Source: Tetramitus jugosus
Taxonomy: Eukaryota; Protista; Heterolobosea
Direction: 5' to 3'
NCBI GenBank assembly: GCA_937625935.1
Contig: OW569351.1
Coordinates: forward strand, 580,260-644,259
DNA: 64,000 bases
The translations under genes and the position numbers were made by a program. Below the pieces are notes generated by a model that ran no database searches, was not told where the DNA came from, and was given only the letters and a program-made list of their open reading frames with translations. This document shows positions 11,450-22,457 of the stretch, piece by piece; within the stretch, counting starts at the first letter, position 1; each line of letters starts with the position of its first letter.

Positions 11450-13798
11450 ATGATGACAAATATGCCATCATCTCCACTCTCCTCTCCAACAACCATGTTA
11501 ACCATTAAAACAACACTTTTACAGGAGAAACGACGATTTCAAATACCACTTGCGACACCATCAGATGACAACAATAATCAGATTGACAACAACAACAACA
11601 ATACGATGTATGATATGATTCGAAAAAAAATTGTTCAACTGTATCAATTGAACCCTGATTACGACACATTTCTGATACAGTACAAGGACGATGACGATGA
11701 TGATATAATAGTGACGAGTGACGATGATTTGCATGTTGCGATTCGATGCATGAACAGAACATTGACTAAAAAATTGTCGTCATTGGAAAATCAAATGATG
11801 GGTAGTAGTAGTGGTAGTGGTAGTGGTAGTAGTGGTGATATTGTGCTTCATTTATCAGTGGCAAAAACATTGAATCATCATAGTCAGAGTGCAGTAGATG
11901 GTAGCAGTGTTGGTATTGGTGCTATTGTGGATCGCATAGTAGAAGATCAATCTTCATCTTCTTCGAGTCATGGTGTCAACGTCATTGCTGCTGATACTGC
12001 TGATGGTAATGGTGATCCTAGGAATAATCATAATGATGATGTGAATAAGCGTGGTAATCGATCGTCGAGCAACCTTCTCGGTCGCATCTCGCGTATACTA
12101 AAGGATAAGAATCGTAGACGTCGTCATCGTCATCATGGTGGTAGTAGTAGCAACAATGACAATAATGACGATGAAAATGATAACAATACGGATCATGTGG
12201 TGAATGAAGAGGGATTGGATGATAATGGTGACGATGGAGATGATGTGGACGATGATGTTGATGATGCAGATTTGGATGATTTGGGTGCTGATTCCGGTAC
12301 GAGCTTTGATGAAGAGGAAAGCGAGCACAATACGCGGTCTATATCGAACGTACTGACAGCTCATACATCGACCGAGTATTTGGAAAATGAGATTACGAGC
12401 ACGAGTTTCTATTTCCCGCATGCCCTGCAACAGCACCATCACCAACAACAACACCGTCAAAACAATAGTGACGTTGTTGTGAGTTCGAAATTGGCTCCCA
12501 AGGAGAATCAACAACCCACGACAACAGGCAGAAGTTCTCCTGTTCCCATGGCTACGTTGCATCCCAGCAACTACCAAGGCATAATACCGCCTACTTCTCC
12601 TTCGTCGACTCCACCTCCCCTGGTTCCCTCTCAATACTACATCTCCATGTATCAACAACAGAGTAATGGTGGATCGAATATGGTGTATCCTCAGCAGGGA
12701 TATTATCACGTGCCCTATGGTAATTTGGTTGGTGCTGCGAGTCATGTTGACTCTCCTCTCCCTAGTCATCCGCATCATCCATACTTTACTCATCCACAAG
12801 TGGCTGCTTATCATCTGGGAGCTACAGGCAATACCACAGCCAACAATCGTTCCTATTCTCCTTCGGCTCAGTTCATGCAACAACAAAATGCAGCACTGGG
12901 ATTGGTGAGTGCCAGTAGTGGTGATATGGGAGTAGGATCTCATCGTATACCATTTCTACACGAATTGCCTCCTGTTCCATCACTAGCTCAAACGATGGCT
13001 CTCTATGAGGAACCTATTCCATTGAAACTACAACTTAAATTATTGAAATTAGAGTTCCAATTCAAGAGGCAACTTCTGATGAATGAATACAAGCAACAAT
13101 TTCTGCAATTGAAGCGAGACAATGCGAAACCAAATTCTCGGCTGGACAAAAAATTGCAGGTTCAGATGACGAATATCAGATTAACTGCCCAAAAGCAGCG
13201 ACTCTTGATCACGCATCAACAAGAAAAAGTACTCAACAGTTTCGAAAAGCTGAGGCTAAAGAGAAAAAATGTGGCCGTGGATGACGTAGATTTGTCATCT
13301 CGGTTGATGTGGCCCAACAACTTGGAGAAAGTCTATGTTCATGGAAATAACATGTTTGCCTTCAATCCGCTGAAGAAGTATGCAAAAAAGGATCGAGACT
13401 TTGCCAATAAGATTGTGATTGATCTGTGCTCAGCATTCTTTGGAGAGATGCAAAATTTGTCTCTAGTGCATGTTGTGTTTGACAACACTGGTCGTGTGGT
13501 CGAGACTGTAGATCCAAATCACGCCAATCGATCCTTCACAGTGAGTAGTGCTGCGTCGCAACAAAAGGATGCCGATGATGTTATTATTGACTTTGCAATG
13601 TACAGTAGAAAGAATACGGGAGTTGGCATACCTGAATCTTCAGTGTTTGTCACCTGCGATAGAGATTTACGACAAGTGTTGAAACAATTTGGATGCAAGT
13701 GTATTCATCCACAAAGATTTCTTGAATTTATTTACATCATTCTGGATGGTCATGACCGGACATTCGATGACTGGTTGACGCAGGATTTTATTCACTAA
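11450..13798 (+). CDS. PB1-domain protein with low-complexity middle, coiled coil and C-terminal NYN/PIN (YacP-like) domain
   Basis: N-term IKTTLLQEKRRF...IQYKDDDDDDIIVTSDDDLHVAI (PB1 OPCA motif); C-term VYVHGNNMF...VVFD...DADDVII...VFVTCDRDLR. Confidence 0.65.
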   Translation: MMTNMPSSPLSSPTTMLTIKTTLLQEKRRFQIPLATPSDDNNNQIDNNNNNTMYDMIRKKIVQLYQLNPDYDTFLIQYKDDDDDDIIVTSDDDLHVAIRCMNRTLTKKLSSLENQMMGSSSGSGSGSSGDIVLHLSVAKTLNHHSQSAVDGSSVGIGAIVDRIVEDQSSSSSSHGVNVIAADTADGNGDPRNNHNDDVNKRGNRSSSNLLGRISRILKDKNRRRRHRHHGGSSSNNDNNDDENDNNTDHVVNEEGLDDNGDDGDDVDDDVDDADLDDLGADSGTSFDEEESEHNTRSISNVLTAHTSTEYLENEITSTSFYFPHALQQHHHQQQHRQNNSDVVVSSKLAPKENQQPTTTGRSSPVPMATLHPSNYQGIIPPTSPSSTPPPLVPSQYYISMYQQQSNGGSNMVYPQQGYYHVPYGNLVGAASHVDSPLPSHPHHPYFTHPQVAAYHLGATGNTTANNRSYSPSAQFMQQQNAALGLVSASSGDMGVGSHRIPFLHELPPVPSLAQTMALYEEPIPLKLQLKLLKLEFQFKRQLLMNEYKQQFLQLKRDNAKPNSRLDKKLQVQMTNIRLTAQKQRLLITHQQEKVLNSFEKLRLKRKNVAVDDVDLSSRLMWPNNLEKVYVHGNNMFAFNPLKKYAKKDRDFANKIVIDLCSAFFGEMQNLSLVHVVFDNTGRVVETVDPNHANRSFTVSSAASQQKDADDVIIDFAMYSRKNTGVGIPESSVFVTCDRDLRQVLKQFGCKCIHPQRFLEFIYIILDGHDRTFDDWLTQDFIH

Positions 13799-13804
13799 AT
13801 TAAA

Positions 13805-16800
13805 TCAAAACGTGCATACTGGAACAAACAGCTTGCTCAAATCAGATCCAATCTTTTGCTCATTAGTTTCTCTTTCCTTTTCATCTATTGGTGCGTTGGC
13901 ACTTGAAGCCACAGAATCAACCATCCGTGCCAATGGGGAAGTGAGCAGAGGTCCCGATAACTTTTGAATGACATCTTCAGCTAATTTGGAGAGCAATGAA
14001 AAGTCATACTGTCGCACATACTCTTCTGCTGTGTCTTGTGATGGAACAAGACAATCTTGGCAATGAGCTTCTGCCATCTTGGCTGCTTGAAGCTCAAGCA
14101 ACATTGTGAGTCGTTTGGGTCGAAGAGCACCGATCGCTTTCTTGCAAACGTATTCTCTGAGTTGATCCATCGATTTATGGGCGATCGGATTTTCAGGATC
14201 GAATCCAGGCAATCGTCTGTAGTTGACCAGTTTTTCCACAATGCGTGGAAGAAGCTCGTCCTTGAACCGAACTAGTCTCGCTGCCAAGTCTAACAGATCT
14301 TCTTCTCCATAGGGGCCAGTGATTGAGGACTCAATCTGCTCCAGATGGTTAGGTTTGGCGATTCCCTTGAGTTTGAGAGCAGTGAGCACTGTCTGCGTCT
14401 TTTGTGTTTGGCTGTTCTGCTGCTGAGACATGCTCTTTCGTGTTTGTTTCACTACTTCGATATGAAATCCATTTTGCTTGAGAATCGCGTCAAAACATGG
14501 AGCTACAAGGGCATGCAATATTTTCTGATTCTGCTTGAATTTGGGTATCGCTAGGAGATTGACTGGATTGTCCAGCGGAACAATATTCGTTTCATAATTA
14601 GCATTATACTTGAGTGTGTTAAGTTGGACTAGTCGGTCAGACTCGAACACTGACATGATGAGTATCGTACAATCAGCAGTTCGATATCTGTCCGATTTTT
14701 TAGATCCACTACTAGCTCGCTTATTCATCTTGAGTAAGATAGGAGCGAATGCAAAGTCTAGAGGAGTTTCATACGGAGAAGGTCCCAGTACCGAGACACG
14801 GGATAGATCTGATCTTCTTATTGTCCAATTTTTGTCTTCGAAGCACTTGAAAAATTTTGTGCTCATGGGAGGCAAGGTGTTCCTCATTTTTAAGTCCATA
14901 AACTTTGTACAAACGTCGTCAGTATTCAATTTGGCAACTACCACGGCCGTGTCACTCTCTTGTTCATTGCTCGTAATGAGCCTCTGCTTTTTGGCACCAG
15001 AAGATAGATCGAGTATCTGAATCTCACTTTCCTGTTTTCTCTTACGTTTTTGGGTTGTTTTTGTTGCAGCAGAGAGAGACACACTTCGAGCTTTTTGCTT
15101 TTGAGAGTCCGAGCCAAAGAATTCTATGATGGATCTATTAGTCGGTACTTCGTCTTCCTCACTATCTTCGTCGTCAATCTCCATGCTCTTCCTTGGATGA
15201 GGAGGATTATACTTGCTAGCTGCAAAAAATGTAGCATCCTGTGTCGTTGAATGAACTGGATTGGCATCATTGGCAGGAGGTGATACTCTTTTGTTCGTTA
15301 GATTGAGAGGAGGAGAGCGAGAAGGAGTAAGGTTGTTGTCTTCAATTTCTGCACGATCTTCAAAGTCAGCTTTGCTGCTCGATGATTTGCGGTAGTGATG
15401 CTGGAATTGTATCGGTTCCATTCGTTCTAGTACTCCTTCACTATTACGAAGCACAGGAATTGAACCTTTGTTCGGTGAAATTTCTCTAGATGCCGGTACA
15501 ATCTTTGCCACGATGGGAGATCTACTAGCAGGTGTCGTTTGCTCTACCGACGTCTTTGAGTTCAGTAAAAGCTCAATCTGAGTCGCGAGAGGAGCTCTCT
15601 GGGTATTACTTGATGCTAAAAGCACATCCATAGCTGTGGAAGTGCTGCAATTGGCTTGTCTCGCTCGATCTTCTTGAATTATACTGACGGTTTCGGGTGA
15701 TACTTGAGTGGATTTTACAGGCTTCAACAACTCAAGAATATCTCTTATGATTCTAATGATTTGAGTCTCCTGAGTGAATCGAACCTCTCGTTTGTTGGGA
15801 GCAAGGAAAATATCCACATGCTCATTCAAGGATTCAACAGATTCATACTCGATACAACAGATACCCAGGAACAGAATGGATGATATTTCCCTATAAAAGT
15901 TCTTCAGGGCAACCTTGATTCCAAAGTGGTCAATAGGTCGACCATTAAGAAAGATAAACAACTTGGTTTTCTTGGGTGTGTTGGGTAGGAGATCACCATT
16001 GTTCATTTTTGGTACATGCAATGCAATCTTAAACGCCACTCTCTTTGCCAATAAGTTATCTTCAGGTAGGCTATCAGAAGTGAGCATCACCATTTGAGGG
16101 AGGAGTTGTCGCGAGAATACGTTGCAAATGGCCTCACCCATATTGCTATGCTTTTGCTTTACGTACAATGGAGATGGATCTTGCTTATTCTTAACAGTGA
16201 TAATCGTACTACAATTCATTGGAGAAAGACAATACTCATGTATGACATCCATCATCGCATTAAACTCTTTTTGTAAATCATCGAGAAGTCTCTTTCTTCG
16301 AACGGGCAATCCCCGACCAAATATATTCCGTACAACTACGGTTGTGCCTCTCACACAACTAATTTTTTGCTCGTTGATAATGTTTCCATCGGAATCGAAC
16401 ACGACCTTTGTACCCAAATCATCATTCTCAGTCTTCGTAATGAGATGCACCTCTTCACAATTGGTACATAGGGAATGCATGGCTTCTCCTCTGAATCCCA
16501 ATGAACAAGAAAGATCTTCTCCGCTATCATTATCATCACTTGTGCTTGGTTGATCCTCATGATGACTACTCGACAACACAAACATGGACTCGTACTTTGA
16601 AGTATAAAATCGCTTAGCCACAAATGGTAAGTCCTCATATTTGATACCTGTACCATCATCTCTCACTGTGATACTATCATAACCTTGTCTCTCCAATGTG
16701 ATATCAACTCGTGTCGGTTTGGCATCTAAACTGTTCTCCAATAGTTCTTTGACGCATGTGGCCAATGAGTTGATTGTGAAACCGGAGCGGATTTGTTTAG

Positions 16801-16852
16801 ATACCTGATCAGGCAACAGGACAATCTTACCAGAAGGTATTGTTGTTGACAT
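13805..16852 (-). CDS. PMS1: MutL-family mismatch repair protein, PMS1(human)/Mlh2-like
   Basis: GHKL motifs VKELLENSLDA, DDGTGI, SLGFRGEAM, GTTV; transducer FIFLNGRP and VDIFLAPNKREV; no DQHA endonuclease motif seen. Confidence 0.8.
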   Translation of the reverse strand: MSTTIPSGKIVLLPDQVSKQIRSGFTINSLATCVKELLENSLDAKPTRVDITLERQGYDSITVRDDGTGIKYEDLPFVAKRFYTSKYESMFVLSSSHHEDQPSTSDDNDSGEDLSCSLGFRGEAMHSLCTNCEEVHLITKTENDDLGTKVVFDSDGNIINEQKISCVRGTTVVVRNIFGRGLPVRRKRLLDDLQKEFNAMMDVIHEYCLSPMNCSTIITVKNKQDPSPLYVKQKHSNMGEAICNVFSRQLLPQMVMLTSDSLPEDNLLAKRVAFKIALHVPKMNNGDLLPNTPKKTKLFIFLNGRPIDHFGIKVALKNFYREISSILFLGICCIEYESVESLNEHVDIFLAPNKREVRFTQETQIIRIIRDILELLKPVKSTQVSPETVSIIQEDRARQANCSTSTAMDVLLASSNTQRAPLATQIELLLNSKTSVEQTTPASRSPIVAKIVPASREISPNKGSIPVLRNSEGVLERMEPIQFQHHYRKSSSSKADFEDRAEIEDNNLTPSRSPPLNLTNKRVSPPANDANPVHSTTQDATFFAASKYNPPHPRKSMEIDDEDSEEDEVPTNRSIIEFFGSDSQKQKARSVSLSAATKTTQKRKRKQESEIQILDLSSGAKKQRLITSNEQESDTAVVVAKLNTDDVCTKFMDLKMRNTLPPMSTKFFKCFEDKNWTIRRSDLSRVSVLGPSPYETPLDFAFAPILLKMNKRASSGSKKSDRYRTADCTILIMSVFESDRLVQLNTLKYNANYETNIVPLDNPVNLLAIPKFKQNQKILHALVAPCFDAILKQNGFHIEVVKQTRKSMSQQQNSQTQKTQTVLTALKLKGIAKPNHLEQIESSITGPYGEEDLLDLAARLVRFKDELLPRIVEKLVNYRRLPGFDPENPIAHKSMDQLREYVCKKAIGALRPKRLTMLLELQAAKMAEAHCQDCLVPSQDTAEEYVRQYDFSLLSKLAEDVIQKLSGPLLTSPLARMVDSVASSANAPIDEKERETNEQKIGSDLSKLFVPVCTF

Positions 16853-16983
16853 GTTGTTGGATTTTTGGTGCTTTGTTTTGTTTTCGATTTTGGATCGAAT
16901 TCCAGAAAAACCAGGACCTTTTTATTGAGCGCTGTGGTAAATTCCAAGAAAAACGAGCAGCGAGTGAATCCGGTCAGCGAGTT

Positions 16984-19344
16984 TTATTTAAATGATAACC
17001 TTGTGACAGGAAGGTTGAGTAAAATGTTCAATGACAATGAGTAGCCTCTTGCTTCGTGAGCGATTTGATTCGAGCCAATGGATGGGAGAATCACTTTTGT
17101 GACAAAACTCCACAAATCAACCTTTGTTCCAGTGTAATCCTTTCTCCAAAGAAGGTGGTCTCGAATACATGGCTCAACAAGTGGTAACAAGTCTGACACA
17201 CCTACCGAATCAGAAGATACAATCGCACAATTATCCATCACAACCCGCTCAACATCTGGAAATAATAATAATATCATGAGCCACATGCCCAAATCCATGT
17301 GCAGATTGTGAAACTCGAGCCTTCTCACGGATTCACTGACATAAAATTGATCGTACGACCGTAATTTTAAGTCATCCAAACTATCCAGATAAACTTCTTT
17401 CAAACCCCTGCAATATGATAGCGCAATTGCGAGAACAGTGAGACCATCAGGTCCACTATTCTCTATTCGCAGTTGCTTTAGCATGGGGCAACTGTGATAG
17501 TTCGGTTCCAAATAGTATGGAACCTTCATTTTCGAACACTCAGAAATGCTATCCAAATGCAAGTATTCTAGACCAGAAAATACATCCAATAAACCACTAA
17601 ACTGCCGATAATTACAGAACTGGATGTCATCGATCCTTAACAATTTACAACTACTCATACAACCCGATTCATAAACAAGAGATGTCTCCTGAGAGTGAAC
17701 TTCGAGCACCAATTTTTCAATTCTGAAATGCAGAGCATTAGCTACTAAGGATCTTACTATTTGATTGGTGCACACCACTGGTACCTGTAGACTATTGACT
17801 TCGGAGCAGATACTGTGTTGAAATAGGGAATCGAGTAAAATGTCACTAGCAAAGTACTCATCGCTTATGGTTATTTCTTTGAGAGGAGCAACTTGCACGT
17901 ATTGTAAGAAGAAGATTAAACTATTAATATCCATCTGTAGCTTATTCAATCTCTCATATTGATTGTATCTATCGAACATTTGATCGTCTGATTGTTCGTG
18001 TAAAGTCTGTATAAACTCATCAAATATAAAATCTGAATTTTCGTAGCATAGTGATTCAATGTGGAGATACTTTGCGAATTGTAAGATGCATATTGGTGTG
18101 GTAGATGGACATTGCACAATGGACACAGATTGCAATGTCGCTGTATAACCTCTCTCTGTGCCAGTCCAAAAATGTTGATCAGTTATTGATCTACAATTCA
18201 TTAGCTGAAGTGTCTCTAGTGCTGTACTCGATAATAGACTCTGCAAATCATCACCAGATAACATTAATTCATTTGACTCATAAAACTTAAATCTTCGCAA
18301 TTTCAATTTGGATCGCTCAATCAATTGAGACACAAAGCATGTTTGAATGTGACGCCTCGCGCTTTGTACTCTTATTAAACATAAACTCTCTAGATTCTCC
18401 AGACCAAACTCGGAAAATTGAACCTCTCTCAGATCATTACTCATAACGATCACATCGCACAACTCCAACGTCCTCAACGATCTACAATAATTTAATAGAG
18501 ACACGAGCCAGGGATGAGATATGGAGACCGATTTGAAAGATAGTGTTGTTATATTGGTGCTAGGGTAACAAAACTGCAGTATTTGATAACTTAGATCAAT
18601 CTTGCACTTTGAACTGACACTCTGTACAATACGAAGATGATTGAACTTGCAAACTTCGTGAATATTCGTCCTTTCAGCCATGATTGAAATTTGATAGGGA
18701 GATATGTGCAATACTGAGCTTCTCCACAAGATGGAACTGTAGAGAGCTTCATGAAAAGATTGACAAACGAGACCCAATTGACAAAATAATTCATTCTGTA
18801 AGTGGATCATGCCTTGATAATCATATGACTCCTCTTCTATTGATGATAACTCATATGAAGAGGAATAGCTGTTTTCTCTGTAGAGACGTTCCTTGTTCAT
18901 ATCGTCTATAAGATCAGAGTTGTCACCACAGTACAAATCATTGAAATCATGATCATTGTCATCGTCACGATGATACCAAGACTTTTCCGTGTTTACAAAG
19001 AAGGAATAAATGACTTGAATCAGCTCTATCGGTAGTTGACTAAGCGACATGGGAGGAGTTTGCGAAGATGGGATCATAATCATGGAACGCTTGGTTGGAC
19101 GACACGTACCACCACCTGTTGTTGAAACGAGCCACAATTTGTCCTCTATTGTTGTAGTTTCCAACTGTGTTTCCCCTCCAACTGAGACACAGGTCGTCAG
19201 CATTTGTTGTTGCTGTTGTCGGTGATTATGACAGTGCTGTTTTTTAGTAGTATCCTCTTCAGTCTCCCAAACACCATACCCGCTCTTGCTCATTGCATGC
19301 GATCGTCTTCCTCGAGATATCGGTTGTTTTCTCTTTCGAAACAT
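16984..19344 (-). CDS. F-box/LRR protein (start uncertain)
   Basis: SLSQLPIELIQVIYSF...LVCQSFH...ILWR (split F-box), followed by many LxxLxL repeats. Confidence 0.7.
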   Translation of the reverse strand: MFRKRKQPISRGRRSHAMSKSGYGVWETEEDTTKKQHCHNHRQQQQQMLTTCVSVGGETQLETTTIEDKLWLVSTTGGGTCRPTKRSMIMIPSSQTPPMSLSQLPIELIQVIYSFFVNTEKSWYHRDDDNDHDFNDLYCGDNSDLIDDMNKERLYRENSYSSSYELSSIEEESYDYQGMIHLQNELFCQLGLVCQSFHEALYSSILWRSSVLHISPYQISIMAERTNIHEVCKFNHLRIVQSVSSKCKIDLSYQILQFCYPSTNITTLSFKSVSISHPWLVSLLNYCRSLRTLELCDVIVMSNDLREVQFSEFGLENLESLCLIRVQSARRHIQTCFVSQLIERSKLKLRRFKFYESNELMLSGDDLQSLLSSTALETLQLMNCRSITDQHFWTGTERGYTATLQSVSIVQCPSTTPICILQFAKYLHIESLCYENSDFIFDEFIQTLHEQSDDQMFDRYNQYERLNKLQMDINSLIFFLQYVQVAPLKEITISDEYFASDILLDSLFQHSICSEVNSLQVPVVCTNQIVRSLVANALHFRIEKLVLEVHSQETSLVYESGCMSSCKLLRIDDIQFCNYRQFSGLLDVFSGLEYLHLDSISECSKMKVPYYLEPNYHSCPMLKQLRIENSGPDGLTVLAIALSYCRGLKEVYLDSLDDLKLRSYDQFYVSESVRRLEFHNLHMDLGMWLMILLLFPDVERVVMDNCAIVSSDSVGVSDLLPLVEPCIRDHLLWRKDYTGTKVDLWSFVTKVILPSIGSNQIAHEARGYSLSLNILLNLPVTRLSFK

Positions 19345-19537
19345 AACCAAACGACGAATGTGTGTGGAGGGTGAAACGAACGTTCGCTGATGTGCTTTGA
19401 GTTTTCGAATTGGGGCGCAATCCAATTTTAATTTACCAAAGGAGAGCAGCCCAAAAATTCCTCCGCTTCACGACGTCAACAACGTTTGCCAATTGTGAAA
19501 AAAATTGCGCGTTTATTCATTTGATTCTTTCGGTGCG

Positions 19538-21007
19538 ATGCTGTTTTGGGTTCAACTTTGTGTGCTTGTCGTCTTCTTCCTAGGAGTGTCGCCAACGAAT
19601 TGGTACTCCTCCACCGTGCATGGATACCGCTCTCGAACGCCAGTCGTTAGAGAAGCATCAACAAACACTTCCAGTTTGTTTTGTGGTGGAATTGTGCGGA
19701 TTAACATGAGAGAGCTCAACTATGTGTTTGATGGTCAATTTTCATCATTGGCAAAAATGATTTCTCCAGCTTCGCTCGACACTGATCAACAATTGCATTC
19801 GCTCATTCGATCAGAAATTGAACGAATTGAATTCCTCACCACCAAGAATGATGATTCCAGTGGTGGAGATGATGGACAGTGCGCAATACATGCAAGAGCT
19901 TTATCTCTTCCGAATTCACTGATCGAACAACAATATGTCCTAATGATGACATCAGATCAGAGTGATCCATTGGTTATGAGCATGTGGGATCATCGTACAA
20001 GATCTTTTTCACAGGAGCCTGTTGTCATGGGAATGAACTATCACATATCTGCACTCAACCATTCTCATGAACTAGTGGTACAACGAACATTGAATAATGA
20101 ACTATTTGTCACGCAGCATATTGTGCATAAGGATCAATTACGCATGGAGGAGTCATGCTTTGGACATGCACGTCGTTCTGTTAAAGTTCGATTTATGAGC
20201 ATGAATATTCAAAATTTTTTCAAGAGTTGGAGGATCAGAAGTAGAATGATTAGAAATATTGTAGAGAGTAACAACTCTCCCCGAGTGGATGTCATTGGAA
20301 TTCAAGAGGTTCGCCTAGATGAGTCTCGCTTGTTTGACAAGCATCAGATGGATCTCCTGAAGAAAGAATTGCGCGATCTTGGCTTTTATCATTATGTATT
20401 TCAACCAGCAATGAGCTATATTAGTAGTAGACCATTCAATGGAGTACATCGGCATGAAGAGGGACTGGCAATCTTTTCTCGATACGAGATTTTATCTACA
20501 GACACGCTTTTACTCGCTCGTAACCTATCAGACCATCTATCACATCAAAGAGTAGCTCTTAGAGCCCGCATACGTATATACAATGGTTTGGATATTGATT
20601 TTATTACGACTCACTCCTCTCTAAGTGAATCGGAGCGTGACATTAATGTCAATGATGTCGAGAATCATTTTAATACTTTTGGGCTTGTTCCTCAGGTGAT
20701 TGTAGGGGATTTTAACGCAGAACCATTTGAACAAAGTGTCAAATCCATGTTATCACACAAAATGAAATGGAAAGATAGTTATATTGAGGCAGTTGATCGT
20801 GGACAAACCGTGTTCAACAAAACATTCAGTATTGACACGAAGTATGATAAGAGAATTGATTACATCATGCACAGAGGCTCAAATAGCGTGGAAACAAAAG
20901 GTACCAACTACAATGTATTGCATGAGAAGCTCGATATGGGCCACAGCATCCTAAATATGAGTGATCACTACTTTATCCTGTCAGACATTGAATTTTCCGA
21001 ATCGTAG
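19538..21007 (+). CDS. Secreted endonuclease/exonuclease/phosphatase (EEP) family hydrolase
   Basis: Signal peptide; SMNIQN, IGIQEV, VGDFNA, RIDYI, SDHY motifs. Confidence 0.85.
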   Translation: MLFWVQLCVLVVFFLGVSPTNWYSSTVHGYRSRTPVVREASTNTSSLFCGGIVRINMRELNYVFDGQFSSLAKMISPASLDTDQQLHSLIRSEIERIEFLTTKNDDSSGGDDGQCAIHARALSLPNSLIEQQYVLMMTSDQSDPLVMSMWDHRTRSFSQEPVVMGMNYHISALNHSHELVVQRTLNNELFVTQHIVHKDQLRMEESCFGHARRSVKVRFMSMNIQNFFKSWRIRSRMIRNIVESNNSPRVDVIGIQEVRLDESRLFDKHQMDLLKKELRDLGFYHYVFQPAMSYISSRPFNGVHRHEEGLAIFSRYEILSTDTLLLARNLSDHLSHQRVALRARIRIYNGLDIDFITTHSSLSESERDINVNDVENHFNTFGLVPQVIVGDFNAEPFEQSVKSMLSHKMKWKDSYIEAVDRGQTVFNKTFSIDTKYDKRIDYIMHRGSNSVETKGTNYNVLHEKLDMGHSILNMSDHYFILSDIEFSES

Positions 21008-21083
21008 TGCGGAGTATTCACAATTTATGACGGGTGACGTCGTGTCACTGGAATCCAAAACACAAAAAGCACACTGAACAAAT

Positions 21084-22433
21084 ATGACAACACGCAACGA
21101 CGATGGAGATGACAGCAAAATGTATGGTTCTCTGACTAGAGACCAAAAGAAGGAAGCTGATGCAAAGTTATTGGCCAGATTAAAGGGCATGGGTTTCATC
21201 GGCAAGAAACCAGCAGCACCCGTGACTCGCTCCGATCACTCATGGCTCAAGAAGGATGACACAGCAACGACGACAAGTTCTTTCACCACTACCACCACCA
21301 CCAATAATACCATACCGACAAGTAGTAGTAGCAGTAGTTCTATCAGTCAAGGACGCCGCAACACTGTGATGGGCACGAGTAGCAGTAGCAGTAGTAGTCA
21401 ATTCATGAAACCGAGCAACACAACAACTACGACAACAACAACCGGTAGCAACAGAAACAGTACTCCATATAACAGCACCATTACCGGTGCAGGAGTAGTC
21501 AATAAGGAGAGATCTGCCTCTGTGCGACTGTCAAGTACAAGTGTCGCCTCATTTAATAATACTGTCAATCAAGCAAAACCAACAACGAGTACACTCGGCA
21601 ACTCTTCATCGCTCACTAAAACCATTGAACCGAGTACAAGTCCTGTATCAAGTAACAGACATAGTGTTGGTAGTACTTACAAGACCATGGGCTCAACAAC
21701 AACTACTACTACACCGGCATCATATGTTAGAAATAGCACTACTACCTCTCAGAGTAGTGTAACTCCCTCCTCGATATCGAGTACATCTTCTTCACCTTAC
21801 TCTAGCACCAAATTTGGTGCAAAGCAATCAAGTGTTGAAACTGCACCTAAACCTCAGTTGACTGCAACTGACAATACAACCAGTGTAAAAATCAACACCT
21901 ATACGACACCATCAGACACCAACTCGACAAGCAATGTAATTGTGTTGAACACAGCTCCACCCTCGGACAATCCAAACAGCAAATATACTGCTGAAATTGT
22001 TGCCAAGGTCTATTTGGGCAATGTTTCCGTAGCTAATGATGTTCAATTATTGAAAGGCATGTCCATTTCAGATGTAATAGTCCTGGGCAAAATTCCATCT
22101 CTCGTGCAACATGCTGGACTCAATTACACTCGCTTTGAACAAGCTGAAGATAGCACCGATTTTGAACTATTTGATCTATTTGATGATATTGCGGACGCCA
22201 TTCGTGCTGTTACCAAGAAGAGAAGAAGTAGAGTGATAGTTGTTGACTCGTCCGGTATATCAATGAGTCCTGCAGCCTTGATGGCATATTTGATGAGAGA
22301 ACACGAACAAACCTTAAAGCAAGCAACTGCCACTGTGCAGAGTAAGCTGAACTTTGCACAACCAAACTCTAGTTTTTTGGAACAACTTCTTGATTATGAT
22401 CTGGAGCTACAAGATGAAAGAAATGGAAAGTGA
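21084..22433 (+). CDS. Dual-specificity phosphatase-like pseudophosphatase with S/T-rich N-terminus
   Basis: EIVAKVYLGN...RVIVVDSSGISMSPAALMAYLM...AQPNSSFLEQL; the HCxxGxxR loop is replaced by VDSSGISM. Confidence 0.8.
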   Translation: MTTRNDDGDDSKMYGSLTRDQKKEADAKLLARLKGMGFIGKKPAAPVTRSDHSWLKKDDTATTTSSFTTTTTTNNTIPTSSSSSSSISQGRRNTVMGTSSSSSSSQFMKPSNTTTTTTTTGSNRNSTPYNSTITGAGVVNKERSASVRLSSTSVASFNNTVNQAKPTTSTLGNSSSLTKTIEPSTSPVSSNRHSVGSTYKTMGSTTTTTTPASYVRNSTTTSQSSVTPSSISSTSSSPYSSTKFGAKQSSVETAPKPQLTATDNTTSVKINTYTTPSDTNSTSNVIVLNTAPPSDNPNSKYTAEIVAKVYLGNVSVANDVQLLKGMSISDVIVLGKIPSLVQHAGLNYTRFEQAEDSTDFELFDLFDDIADAIRAVTKKRRSRVIVVDSSGISMSPAALMAYLMREHEQTLKQATATVQSKLNFAQPNSSFLEQLLDYDLELQDERNGK

Positions 22434-22457
22434 GGATCATCATACATATAAAATGAT

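Noticed and set aside
12098-12943. 281-aa antisense ORF and similar shadow ORFs over long genes
   Set aside because: Overlap well-supported genes in low-complexity regions; no domain signal.
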